A stretch of 62,928 bases of DNA, filler included. It is 7 parts of 7 records of this genome, joined end to end, with 100 filler letters (N's around TTAATTAATTAA, not from the genome) between each part and the next. Parts side by side here need not be neighbours in the genome. Positions count along the whole stretch, not along the records: positions 49,233 to 62,928 come from SRR31147125_12315; 6 more parts are not named here. One strand, given 5' to 3'. The notes beneath the pieces are model-generated. The model was not told the DNA's origin and ran no database searches. It saw only the letters and a list, made by a program, of their open reading frames with translations. Positions 53,859 through 62,928 of this stretch are shown piece after piece; the first letter of the stretch is position 1; each line of letters begins with the position of its first letter. Made by a program: the position numbers and the translations under genes.

Positions 53859-55514
53859 ATGAAAATAAAACTAACATTTATCTTCTTATTTTTTATCTCA
53901 ACTATACTTCTTGGTCAGGAAGAATTGGAAAATGGATTAAACGCAATAACAGAAGATGCCGTTAAAGCACAGTTGGAATTTCTTGCTTCAGATTGGACCG
54001 AAGGAAGAGCCGTTGGAACGAAAGGTGCATACATGGCTGCCGATTATATTGCATCAATGTTTAAGCTTTATGGTGTAAAACCCTTTGGTGATGTTGCATA
54101 TACCCAACCAACAAGACAAGAGAGGATGAAAGGCATTCGATCTGAAGAATATACAAGTTACTATCAAAACTTCTCTCTTATTGAGTATGAACCAGGTGAT
54201 GAACAATCATTTTCTCTAATAAATGGAAACAGCTCTTTGAATTTCTCATATAAAACAGATTTTTCAGTACATACTGGTTCTATTGGGCAAACACTAGAAG
54301 CTCCACTTGTTTTTATTGGCTATGGTTTTGTTGATGAAGAAAATGGATATAACGATCTTCAAAAACTTGACCTGAAAGGCAAAGTAGCTGTTATGATAAA
54401 TGGATTTCCGGGGCATAAAGATACCGCATCAGTTGCTTATAAGAAATTTATTAAAGAAGGAAGATGGGCAAGATATTACATGGAGCGGGATAAGATAAAA
54501 AAATTAGAAGAGGCTGGTGTTGTTGCAATTATCAAAATATATCCCGGATCGGATCCAACACTTGCTTGGGCAGAGAATATAAATTACCCGATTAAAACAA
54601 GCTATTCAGAATCGGATAAGCCATTAAAATCATACTATGATAGTCGAATGTCGTTGCCTGGCAAAAAATTAACATCAAGTATCTCTACTATTAATGTAAC
54701 ACAACGTGTTTATAACGAATTAATTAAGGGGACAGGAATTGACTTTGAAAAATTTGAAGATAATGCTATGAAAACGATGAAACCTGCATCTAAAGTGCTT
54801 GTGGGAAAACGAGTTGCATTAAAAACTACCGTAAAAAGCAAAATTATTAAAGCCAGAAACGTTTTAGGAATCATTGAAGGAGAGAATAAAAATGAATTTA
54901 TTGTTGTAGGTGGCCATTACGATCATCTTGGGAAGTGGGATGGTTATATTTGGAATGGTGCAGACGATAATGCTTCTGGAACAGTTGGTGTTATGACAAT
55001 TGCCAAGGCATTTAAAGCAACCGGGAAAATACCTGAGAAATCTATAATATTTGCTGCTTGGACAGGTGAGGAGAAAGGACTTTTCGGCTCAAAGTATTTT
55101 GTTAGAGATGCCATGGAAAAAGAATTGAATATTCTCCTAAATCTTAATTATGACATGATAGCCCGTGATACTGAAAAGGATACATTAAAAAATCAGGCTG
55201 GAATGAGTTATACAAAAGCAAATTATTTATTAGAAGAAACAACAAAGAAAAATATTGAAAAATATGATATTGATTTGGATATAAAGTATAATCCATCGGA
55301 AAAACCTGGTGGTGGAAGTGATCATGCGCCATTTGCTGAGGTAGATATACCCATATTTTATTTTATGGCAGCCATGCATCCGGATTATCATCAACCATCT
55401 GACGAGTTAAGCAAAATTAATTTTGCAAAAATGACAAACATTATAAAAGTTGGTTTTTTAGATACATGGGAATTTGCTAACAGCGACAGTTGGAAAGAAA
55501 CAAAGAAAGAATAA
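53859..55514 (+). CDS. M28 family aminopeptidase with a PA domain
   Basis: GHYDHLG, NGADDNASG, GEEKG, SDH and YHQPSD motifs. Confidence 0.93.
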   Translation: MKIKLTFIFLFFISTILLGQEELENGLNAITEDAVKAQLEFLASDWTEGRAVGTKGAYMAADYIASMFKLYGVKPFGDVAYTQPTRQERMKGIRSEEYTSYYQNFSLIEYEPGDEQSFSLINGNSSLNFSYKTDFSVHTGSIGQTLEAPLVFIGYGFVDEENGYNDLQKLDLKGKVAVMINGFPGHKDTASVAYKKFIKEGRWARYYMERDKIKKLEEAGVVAIIKIYPGSDPTLAWAENINYPIKTSYSESDKPLKSYYDSRMSLPGKKLTSSISTINVTQRVYNELIKGTGIDFEKFEDNAMKTMKPASKVLVGKRVALKTTVKSKIIKARNVLGIIEGENKNEFIVVGGHYDHLGKWDGYIWNGADDNASGTVGVMTIAKAFKATGKIPEKSIIFAAWTGEEKGLFGSKYFVRDAMEKELNILLNLNYDMIARDTEKDTLKNQAGMSYTKANYLLEETTKKNIEKYDIDLDIKYNPSEKPGGGSDHAPFAEVDIPIFYFMAAMHPDYHQPSDELSKINFAKMTNIIKVGFLDTWEFANSDSWKETKKE

Positions 55515-55535
55515 ATTTAGCCCTAATATAAAATT

Positions 55536-55564
55536 AAAGCGCACACCAAATTGGTTGCGCTTTT
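55536..55564 (+). terminator. Rho-independent terminator
   Basis: AAAGCGCA..TGCGCTTTT. Confidence 0.7.
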
Positions 55565-55808
55565 CTGATCTTAATATAAAGATACCATATCATTTCTGGG
55601 AGGGGTTTTCAAATATTCTATTTAACATAATATAAATTATGAGGCAATTATACTAATTTCTAAATTATGCTTATAACTAAATTCAAATAATAAATAATGG
55701 AATAATTTCCTATTAGATTCTTACGCACAATAATTATTACAAATCAAATTTCTTTTATTGAAATAAATTCAGAGTAATTGCGTCAATTACAACACAATCA
55801 AAATTCAA

Positions 55809-57611
55809 GTGTTCCATAATTATGATGCGTCACAAACAGTACATAGATATAAGAAAGAAAAAATAACATTTGGCGGGCTTAAAAATGCATTCAAGTTATT
55901 TAAGTTTATTAAACCTTACGGATTGGAATATTCATTCGGAATGTTTTTCTTGCTTGGAGCCAGTCTGGCTAATTTAGCCTTCCCAAAACTTTTAGGCGAT
56001 TTAGTTAATGCTGGTAACGAAGGTGTCCTGGGTTATGAACTGAATAAAATAGCATTGTTACTGGCCGGAGTCCTGGTCATTCAGGCTTTATTTTCGTATT
56101 TCAGGACTGTATTATTTGTGAATGTTACGGAAAAAGCCATGGCCGATATTCGCCAAACTACGTATAACCACCTAATTAAATTACCGATGGATTTTTTCGC
56201 ATCGCACCGCGTAGGTGAATTAAATAGCAGGATTTCGTCCGACATTTCACTGTTACAAGATACGCTAACTTCTACCCTTGCTGATTTTATTCGCCAAATG
56301 GTAATAATTATCGGTGGTATTACCTTGTTGGCCATCACATCATTTAAACTTACCTTGTTTATGCTTGCTGTAATACCAGGAATAGTTATCCTCACCGGGG
56401 TTTTTGGAAGGTATATCAGGCGGTTTTCGAAAGATGTACAAAACGAAATTGCAGAGTCAAACACAATTGTTGAAGAAACATTGCAAGGAATTCAGAGTGT
56501 AAAAGTTTATACCAATGAATTTTTTGAGATGAAGCGTTACAAAAAACGTTTAACTGAAATTGCAAAAATTGGAATGAAAAGTGGTAAGTATAGAGGTGCA
56601 TTTTCAGCTTTTCTGGTAATTGGCCTGTTTGGAGCCATGGTAGCAGTTATATGGCGTGGTTCCATGCTGTTGGCTACTGGAGATATTGCAGCCGGAGAAA
56701 TGTTTTCCTTTGTATTGTATTCAGGATTTATTGGTGGCAGCATTGGTGGATTATCTGGCGTTTATACCCGAATTCAAAAATTTATTGGGGCTACAGAAGA
56801 TTTATTTAAGATTTATGATGAATCTACTGAAGAAATTACTTCAATAAATAATCAAATTAGTAGTAATCAATTTGTTGGGGAAATTGAATTTAGAGATTTA
56901 ACATTTCGATATCCTTCTAGAAAAGAGGATGTTGTACTAAATAATATAAACTTTAAAATCAAACCAAATCAATTGGTTGCCCTTGTAGGTCCCAGTGGTG
57001 CGGGAAAATCAACAATTGCTTCGTTATTGTTGGGTTTATACAAACCATCAAGCGGAAATATACTTTTTGATGGGAAGGATAACATGGATATACCCCTCTC
57101 CCATTTGCGACATCAAATTTCGCTTGTTCCCCAGGATATTTTCTTATTTGGTGGCACTATTAAAGAAAACATAGCATATGGAAAACCCAATGCCGCTGAT
57201 GATGAAATAATTAGTGCTGCAACAATGGCGAATGCCCTGGAATTCATAACTCAATTACCTAAAAAGTTTGATACCGTTGTCGGTGAACGGGGCACTCAAC
57301 TTTCAGGCGGTCAACGGCAAAGAATTGCCATTGCCAGGGCTATCCTTAAAAATCCCAAAATACTAATTTTGGATGAAGCTACTTCATCCCTGGATGCAGA
57401 ATCAGAAAATCTTGTGCAGGAAGCCCTGGAAAAATTAATGCAAGGCAGGACTTCCATTGTTATTGCTCACCGGTTGGCAACAGTTAGGAAAGCAGATAAA
57501 ATATTTGTTTTGGAAAACGGACAAATAAAAGAACAAGGCACTCACGAAGAGCTCCTAAAAATGCCGCATGGATTATATAAAAATCTAAGTCGATTGCAAT
57601 TTGCCGGATAA
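55809..57611 (+). CDS. ABC transporter, fused permease/ATPase (MsbA/ABCB-like)
   Basis: Six TM segments; GPSGAGKS, LSGGQRQR and LDEATS motifs. Confidence 0.94.
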   Translation: MFHNYDASQTVHRYKKEKITFGGLKNAFKLFKFIKPYGLEYSFGMFFLLGASLANLAFPKLLGDLVNAGNEGVLGYELNKIALLLAGVLVIQALFSYFRTVLFVNVTEKAMADIRQTTYNHLIKLPMDFFASHRVGELNSRISSDISLLQDTLTSTLADFIRQMVIIIGGITLLAITSFKLTLFMLAVIPGIVILTGVFGRYIRRFSKDVQNEIAESNTIVEETLQGIQSVKVYTNEFFEMKRYKKRLTEIAKIGMKSGKYRGAFSAFLVIGLFGAMVAVIWRGSMLLATGDIAAGEMFSFVLYSGFIGGSIGGLSGVYTRIQKFIGATEDLFKIYDESTEEITSINNQISSNQFVGEIEFRDLTFRYPSRKEDVVLNNINFKIKPNQLVALVGPSGAGKSTIASLLLGLYKPSSGNILFDGKDNMDIPLSHLRHQISLVPQDIFLFGGTIKENIAYGKPNAADDEIISAATMANALEFITQLPKKFDTVVGERGTQLSGGQRQRIAIARAILKNPKILILDEATSSLDAESENLVQEALEKLMQGRTSIVIAHRLATVRKADKIFVLENGQIKEQGTHEELLKMPHGLYKNLSRLQFAG

Positions 57612-57657
57612 TTTCAATTTGCAAGCAATAAAAATAATGTTTAAGCATAATTCAAAA

Positions 57658-57685
57658 TCCCGTAATTTTGATTGATATTCCAGAT
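57658..57685 (+). promoter_or_regulatory. Candidate HTCS operator, copy 1 (upstream of the HTCS gene)
   Basis: TCCCGTAATTTTGATTGATATTCCAGAT; 19/28 identical to 61872-61899; TCC half-sites 21 bp apart. Confidence 0.45.
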
Positions 57686-57768
57686 CGAACTAATTCTATT
57701 TTTGTTTTTTGTAAAATTTAAATTTTTGCGAACCAGATAAAGAAAAGACTGTGGCAAGGCATATTCGT

Positions 57769-60700
57769 ATGGGTTTAATAAAACATCTATTGATACTTGT
57801 TATTATACAATTATCATTCGTTCCGGTAATCTTATCAATCCAACCACAATATATTTTTAAAAAACTGATGAATGAAGACGGGCTTTCCTATAGCACCGTA
57901 CTTGATATTGAACAAGAATCATCTGGTATTATGTGGTTCGCAACCAAACAGGGACTGAATAAATACGATAGCTATAATATTCATAAATATTACGTTGAAG
58001 ACAATGTCGGGTTACCATCCAATACCATTCAAAGCTTGCTGGTTACAAAAAATAATGAATTATACGTAGGAACCGATAGAGGCCTTGTTATATATAATCG
58101 GAAAAACGATTTTTTTACCACCCTGTTATACGAAGGAAACGAACTTCCATCTATCATGTCTCTCCTGAGAACAGCTCGGGATCAATCTATATTGCAACAT
58201 CTCAAGGAATCTTCGCTTATTATCCTGATAGAAAAAAAGTTATAAAGTTTATTTCATTGCAGGATGCTTTTGTACGATCTATTATTGAATTGAACGAGAA
58301 TCAATATATGGTTTCCAGCAATTCAGGTATTTATGTGATTAATTCAGACGGAATTCTCCTGGAATATTACAACAAACAAAATACCCCATCCTTGCCCACT
58401 GAAGTAATTCCGGTAATCTATAAAGACAAAAGCAAAAATATTTGGATTGGTACTGATTATTATGGTCTTTATAACTTCAACAGGGATAAAAAATATTTTT
58501 CAAAAGTAAAACTATCTGATATTGAAAAGGTAGAAGAAAAAGTTATCAGGGATATTTTAGAAGATGATGAAGGAAATATATGGATAGCAAGTGAATTAGG
58601 CGTTTATGCTTTAGATATAATCAAAAAAACAGTTCTAAACATTCAACATTCCTTGGAAAAATCTGAATACCATTTAAACGATAATGCTGCTTATTGCCTT
58701 TTCCGCAGCAAAGAAAATATTATGTGGATTGGCACTTACTTCGGTGGTGTTAATTATACCAACTTAAAAAACAAAAAAGGCTTTTATAATTTATATCCCG
58801 GCGATGGTACCAATGAACTGAGAGGCAAAGCAGTTAACCGTATTTACAAAAGCACAACCGGAGAATTATGGATTGCCACTGAAGATGGTGGTATTTGTAG
58901 TTTTAATACGGATAATAAGCGAATTACAAAATATTTACAATATAATGAAGCTGATGGATTAAGTTCAAATAACATCCACTCAATTTCTGAGGATAAAAAC
59001 GGAAGAATTTGGTTTGGGCATTTTATGACCGGGATTGATGTGTACGATCCTTCAAAAAACACATTTAAACATATCTCGCTGCATCCACAAGAGCGTCAAA
59101 GCATTGGGAGGAATTCAGTGTATAGTATTTATAAAGATTCTCAACAAAAATTATGGATTGGTACACAAATGGGTATATACACGTATGATGAGAATACTGA
59201 CAAAATAGTGCCTTTCAAACAAGATATGCTTGATAATTATTTTGTTTACAACATAATGGAAGACAGAACCGGCAAATTTTGGTTTTGTATAAGATATAAC
59301 GGTATAATTTGTTACAATCCTAAAAATGAGGAATTTCGTTTTTATGGAATGTCATATGGATTGTCTTCAAATCAGATTGTTTCTTCCATTGAAGATGATA
59401 AAGGTCGAATCTGGTTCGGGACTATCGAAGGGGGTGTAAATATTTATCACCCGGAAAAAGATGCCTTCGAAGCGATTACCATGGAACAAGGCCTGCCAAA
59501 CAACACTGTATACGGGATTCTCCAATCTAATGATGGAAACATGTGGTTAAGCACAAACCGTGGACTGGCACTTTATAATTACGATAATAAAACGATACGA
59601 AATTACAACCTTAACGATGGTTTGGCCCAAATGCAGTTTAATTACAGCTCCTATTTTAAAGATTCTGATGGTACAATGTATTTTGGTCATATTAACGGGT
59701 TAACATATTTTAAACCAGAAGATGTTTCGGATAATACATTTAAATCTCAAGTATTTCTAACAGACTTTAAAATTTCGAATGAAAGTGTAAATGTTACAAA
59801 AGACGGCATTCTTACTAATCCTATAAATGAGACTAGTAAAATAACCCTTGGCTACCTCCAAAAAGCATTTACAATTGATTTTGTTGCCATCAATCATTTT
59901 TCATCGGGGCAAAATCAATTTTATTATTTTCTTGAAGGGTTTGAAGAAAACTGGAATGACATGGGCAATAAAACCAGTGCAACCTATACGAACTTATCTC
60001 CCGGTAAATATACCTTTTGGTTAAAAGCCAAAAATAACGATGGAGTTGAAAGTTCAAATACTAAAAAGCTGGAGATTATTATTAAACCGCCATTTTATTT
60101 AACTGTTTGGGCTTATTTACTTTATAGTTTAATTATTCTGTCTATTTTACTTATTTACAGAAAAATAACAATTGATAAAGAAAAAGAAAAAGCTGCATTA
60201 AATTACGAAATTATTGAGAAAGAAAAGATTAAGGAATTAAGCCAGCAAAGGTTAAATTTCTATACATACATATCGCATGAATTTAAAACTCCACTGGCCA
60301 TAATTATTTCAAGTATCGAACAATTGTATGAGACCACACACGAAATTTCTGATGAATTACGAGCTCATTTCCAGAGGCTAACCCGAAGTTCTAAAAGGCT
60401 TTCATTTCTTTTCAACCAACTTATGGATTTTAGAAAAATTGAGACCAAGCATGCAAAGCTTATTCTAAAAAAAGGAGATATTGTAAGTTTTTTAAAGGAC
60501 ACATGCCTCGCGTTTACCCCTTTGTTTGATAAACAACGTGTTAATTTTGAGTTTAAATCTAATAAAGAGCATTTCGAATATTATTTTGATCCGGATAAAA
60601 TCGAAAAAATAATTGTCAACTTAATTTCCAATGCATTAAAAAACACCCCTATACACGGTAAAGTTTTATGTGAAGCAAATATTCTAAACACTGGTGATGG

Positions 60701-61845
60701 AAATGCTGAAGGCAACAATATCAATATTTTAATTTCAGATAATGGCAATGGAATTCCTGAAAATGAAATAGAAAATCTATTCATTCCATTTTATGAAGGA
60801 AACAATAGAAAAAATGGTTCTGGTATTGGACTAACTCTGGTTAAAAGTCTTGTTGAATATCTTCATGGTTCCATTGAATTGAAAAGTAAGGAAAACCTGG
60901 GGACAGATATTACCATAAAATTGCCTTTGGATTATAACAATATTTCGAATGTAAAATTTGATAATAGTAACGAGTTAATTAAAAGGGACTTAGATATAGA
61001 AAATATAACAGGGAGTTCAACAATTACTACAAACATTAAAGATAAAGTAAATGAAGATAAGGAATTTAAGTTACTAATAGTTGAAGATACCATCGATTTT
61101 GCAGAAGTTCTTATCGATCACTATAAAAAGAATTTTACAATTTGTACGGCTCAAAATGGTGTGGAAGCACTTAAAATTGTAGGCAAGGAAGAACCAGATA
61201 TTATTATCAGTGACATTATGATGCCCGAGATGGATGGCATTGAATTTTGCAAACGAATAAAACAAAACGAAGTAACAAGCCATATTGCTGTAATTCTATT
61301 AACAGCCAAATCAACACATGAAGATAAAATCGAGGGATTAGAAGCTGGTGCCGAAGCGTATATTACTAAACCATTTGATTTGACTGAACTCGATTTACAT
61401 GTTAGAAACTTTCTGGAAATTAGAAAAAGACTAAAATTAAATGTAGTCTCCGGTATACATATTGACCTTGAGAAAGTGAACTTTCAGGATAAAGACAAAG
61501 ATTTTATTGAAAAGGTTACAAAAATCATAAATGAAAATATTGAGGATGTTGACCTTAACACAGAAATTTTAGCAAAACAACTGGGTATGAGCAAAACCCT
61601 TGTTTATTTAAAGCTAAAGAAACTCCTAAATATGTCTGGCTCCGATCTTATACAATCTATTCGTTTTAACAAAGCAATTGAGTTAATGGTGGATGTAAAT
61701 CTTAACGTTTCGGATATCGCTTATGAGGTTGGATTTTCCGATCCAAACTACTTTAGCAAGGTTTTCAAAAAAAGTATATCAAAAATCACCCACAGTTTAT
61801 AGAAAAGAACTTCTTACTAAAGTTAAAAACCTAAATAACAAATAG
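57769..61845 (+). CDS. Hybrid two-component system (beta-propeller, Y_Y_Y, HisKA/HATPase, REC, AraC HTH); frameshifts near 58167 and 61770
   Basis: Reg_prop repeats (W-IGT), YTNLSPGKY, SHEFKTPL, GSGIGL, DIMMP and VGFSDPNYFSKVFKK; frames rejoin with +1 and -1 nt. Confidence 0.95.
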
Positions 61846-61871
61846 TTAATATATTTTACAATGAATTATTT

Positions 61872-61899
61872 TCCTTGAAAATTGATTAGAAATCCAGAT
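61872..61899 (+). promoter_or_regulatory. Candidate HTCS operator, copy 2 (upstream of GH43)
   Basis: TCCTTGAAAATTGATTAGAAATCCAGAT. Confidence 0.45.
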
Positions 61900-61945
61900 A
61901 CATAAACGGAAATGTTGCGAATCTTGCAGAAAATAAATTTAATCA

Positions 61946-62928
61946 ATGGCAAGATCCGTAAACTTTACCCAATTACTAGCATATACTTTATTTCTTTCAA
62001 TTTTTATTTGTAGTAACCAAATTCTTTATTCTCAAACTTCGTACACCGTTGAACAAGAGATTGAAAAAATAGAACCTGTCAATCTTATCGTAAATCCATT
62101 ATTTAAGTATCATTTACGAGATGTTGCTGTATGTAAGGGGCCTGGTGGCAAATATTATCTTACCGGGACAACAGATGATAATTGGGGAGTTGCCGACGGA
62201 ATACGTGTTTGGGAATCCCCGGATTTAAAAAATTGGCAGCTGCTTGGTGTAAATGGTTTTGTATGGACTTTTGAGAAAGATGCCAGCAACGATGCTCAAA
62301 AAGAAATCAAGGTACAATACGGTCGATTAGTACGTGGTGTTTGGGCTCCCGAGATTCATTATATCAACAATAATTTTTGGATTACTTATTCAATAAGTGG
62401 CGGTTATGGTTCCGGTCTTTTAAAAAGCACTACCGGGAAACCAACTGGCCCTTATGAAGATGTAAAAAAGGATGACGCCATGGTAAATGGAATTGATGCC
62501 ACTTTGTTTAAAGATAAAGACGGTACAGTCTGGTATATCTGGGGGCCGGGAAAAATGAAAAAGCTAAAACCTGATATGATGGGTTTTATGGACGACTCCT
62601 CTCCTATTTTTCCTAAAGATGCTGCAGGTAAAGAAGTTGGTTATGAAGGTGTTAATATGTATTACAATAACGCCACATATTATCTAATGGCAGCTGAATG
62701 GAACAGCGAAGGTCCCAATAAAGGTCACCATTTTGGCAATAGCGATATAAACCGGCGTTCGGCAGACGGAAGATACGATTGTATGATTGCCATGGCTGAT
62801 AATTTAACCGGTCCATACACGCAAGCTTATATTGCCATACCACATGGTGGCCACAACATGATTTTTGATGATTATGAGGGAAATATATGGGCTACCATGT
62901 TTGGTAATGATGCCGCTGCTGCACCTTT
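61946..62928 (+). CDS. Glycoside hydrolase family 43 protein, 3'-truncated (absent from the ORF track)
   Basis: My translation: signal peptide MARSVNFTQLLAYTLFLSIF.., then HLRD, VWAPEIH, GIDATLF, GYEG and HGGH; no stop before the window end. Confidence 0.9.
   Translation, partial: MARSVNFTQLLAYTLFLSIFICSNQILYSQTSYTVEQEIEKIEPVNLIVNPLFKYHLRDVAVCKGPGGKYYLTGTTDDNWGVADGIRVWESPDLKNWQLLGVNGFVWTFEKDASNDAQKEIKVQYGRLVRGVWAPEIHYINNNFWITYSISGGYGSGLLKSTTGKPTGPYEDVKKDDAMVNGIDATLFKDKDGTVWYIWGPGKMKKLKPDMMGFMDDSSPIFPKDAAGKEVGYEGVNMYYNNATYYLMAAEWNSEGPNKGHHFGNSDINRRSADGRYDCMIAMADNLTGPYTQAYIAIPHGGHNMIFDDYEGNIWATMFGNDAAAAP

Overview
The window is not one locus. It is seven unrelated contigs joined by 100-bp linkers (44 N + TTAATTAATTAA + 44 N), so no gene context crosses a linker. 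At least 14 single-base indels, almost all in homopolymer runs, split genes in the ORF track; I rejoined these by hand. Taxonomic labels are inferred from composition and gene content. (1) 1-10872, low-GC and Clostridia-like: an orphan SAP + FokI-like nuclease, then a catabolic operon with a perfect CRP box. The operon encodes an ATC-hydrolase/V4R-like protein, an M20 amidohydrolase, two paralogous SdhA/NadB-superfamily flavoproteins with remodelled active sites (each followed by a mini [2Fe-2S] protein) and a GPH symporter, followed by a Crp/Fnr regulator. (2) 10973-24190, Clostridia-like housekeeping: pnp, gap, divIVA, lspA, rluD, L,D-transpeptidase, Asp23 and DAK2 genes, recG. (3) 24291-30372, low-GC: 5' end of a large Alu-type SRP RNA, mgtE with a candidate leader-peptide attenuator, a TIGR03545-like protein, a degenerate PP2C and a GGDEF protein. 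(4) 30473-37376, GC-rich and Desulfobacterota-like: a tight operon of ABC exporter, Kdo/WaaP-like kinase, B12 radical SAM, divergent radical SAM, radical SAM/SPASM and GNAT, facing a nucleotidyltransferase. (5) 37477-43088: MltC-like transglycosylase, LPP20-like protein, bioC plus esterase, nadD, PTS IIA and a degenerate GH57. (6) 43189-49132: esterase, tandem MBL hydrolase and a CBM9/DUF5916 protein. (7) 49233-62928, Bacteroidota: gyrA end, TPR protein, 2-hydroxyacid dehydrogenase, sulfatase, M28 peptidase, ABC transporter, and an HTCS and GH43 that share an upstream motif. The best candidates for undescribed systems are the triple radical-SAM/kinase/exporter cluster and the twin-flavoprotein catabolic operon.
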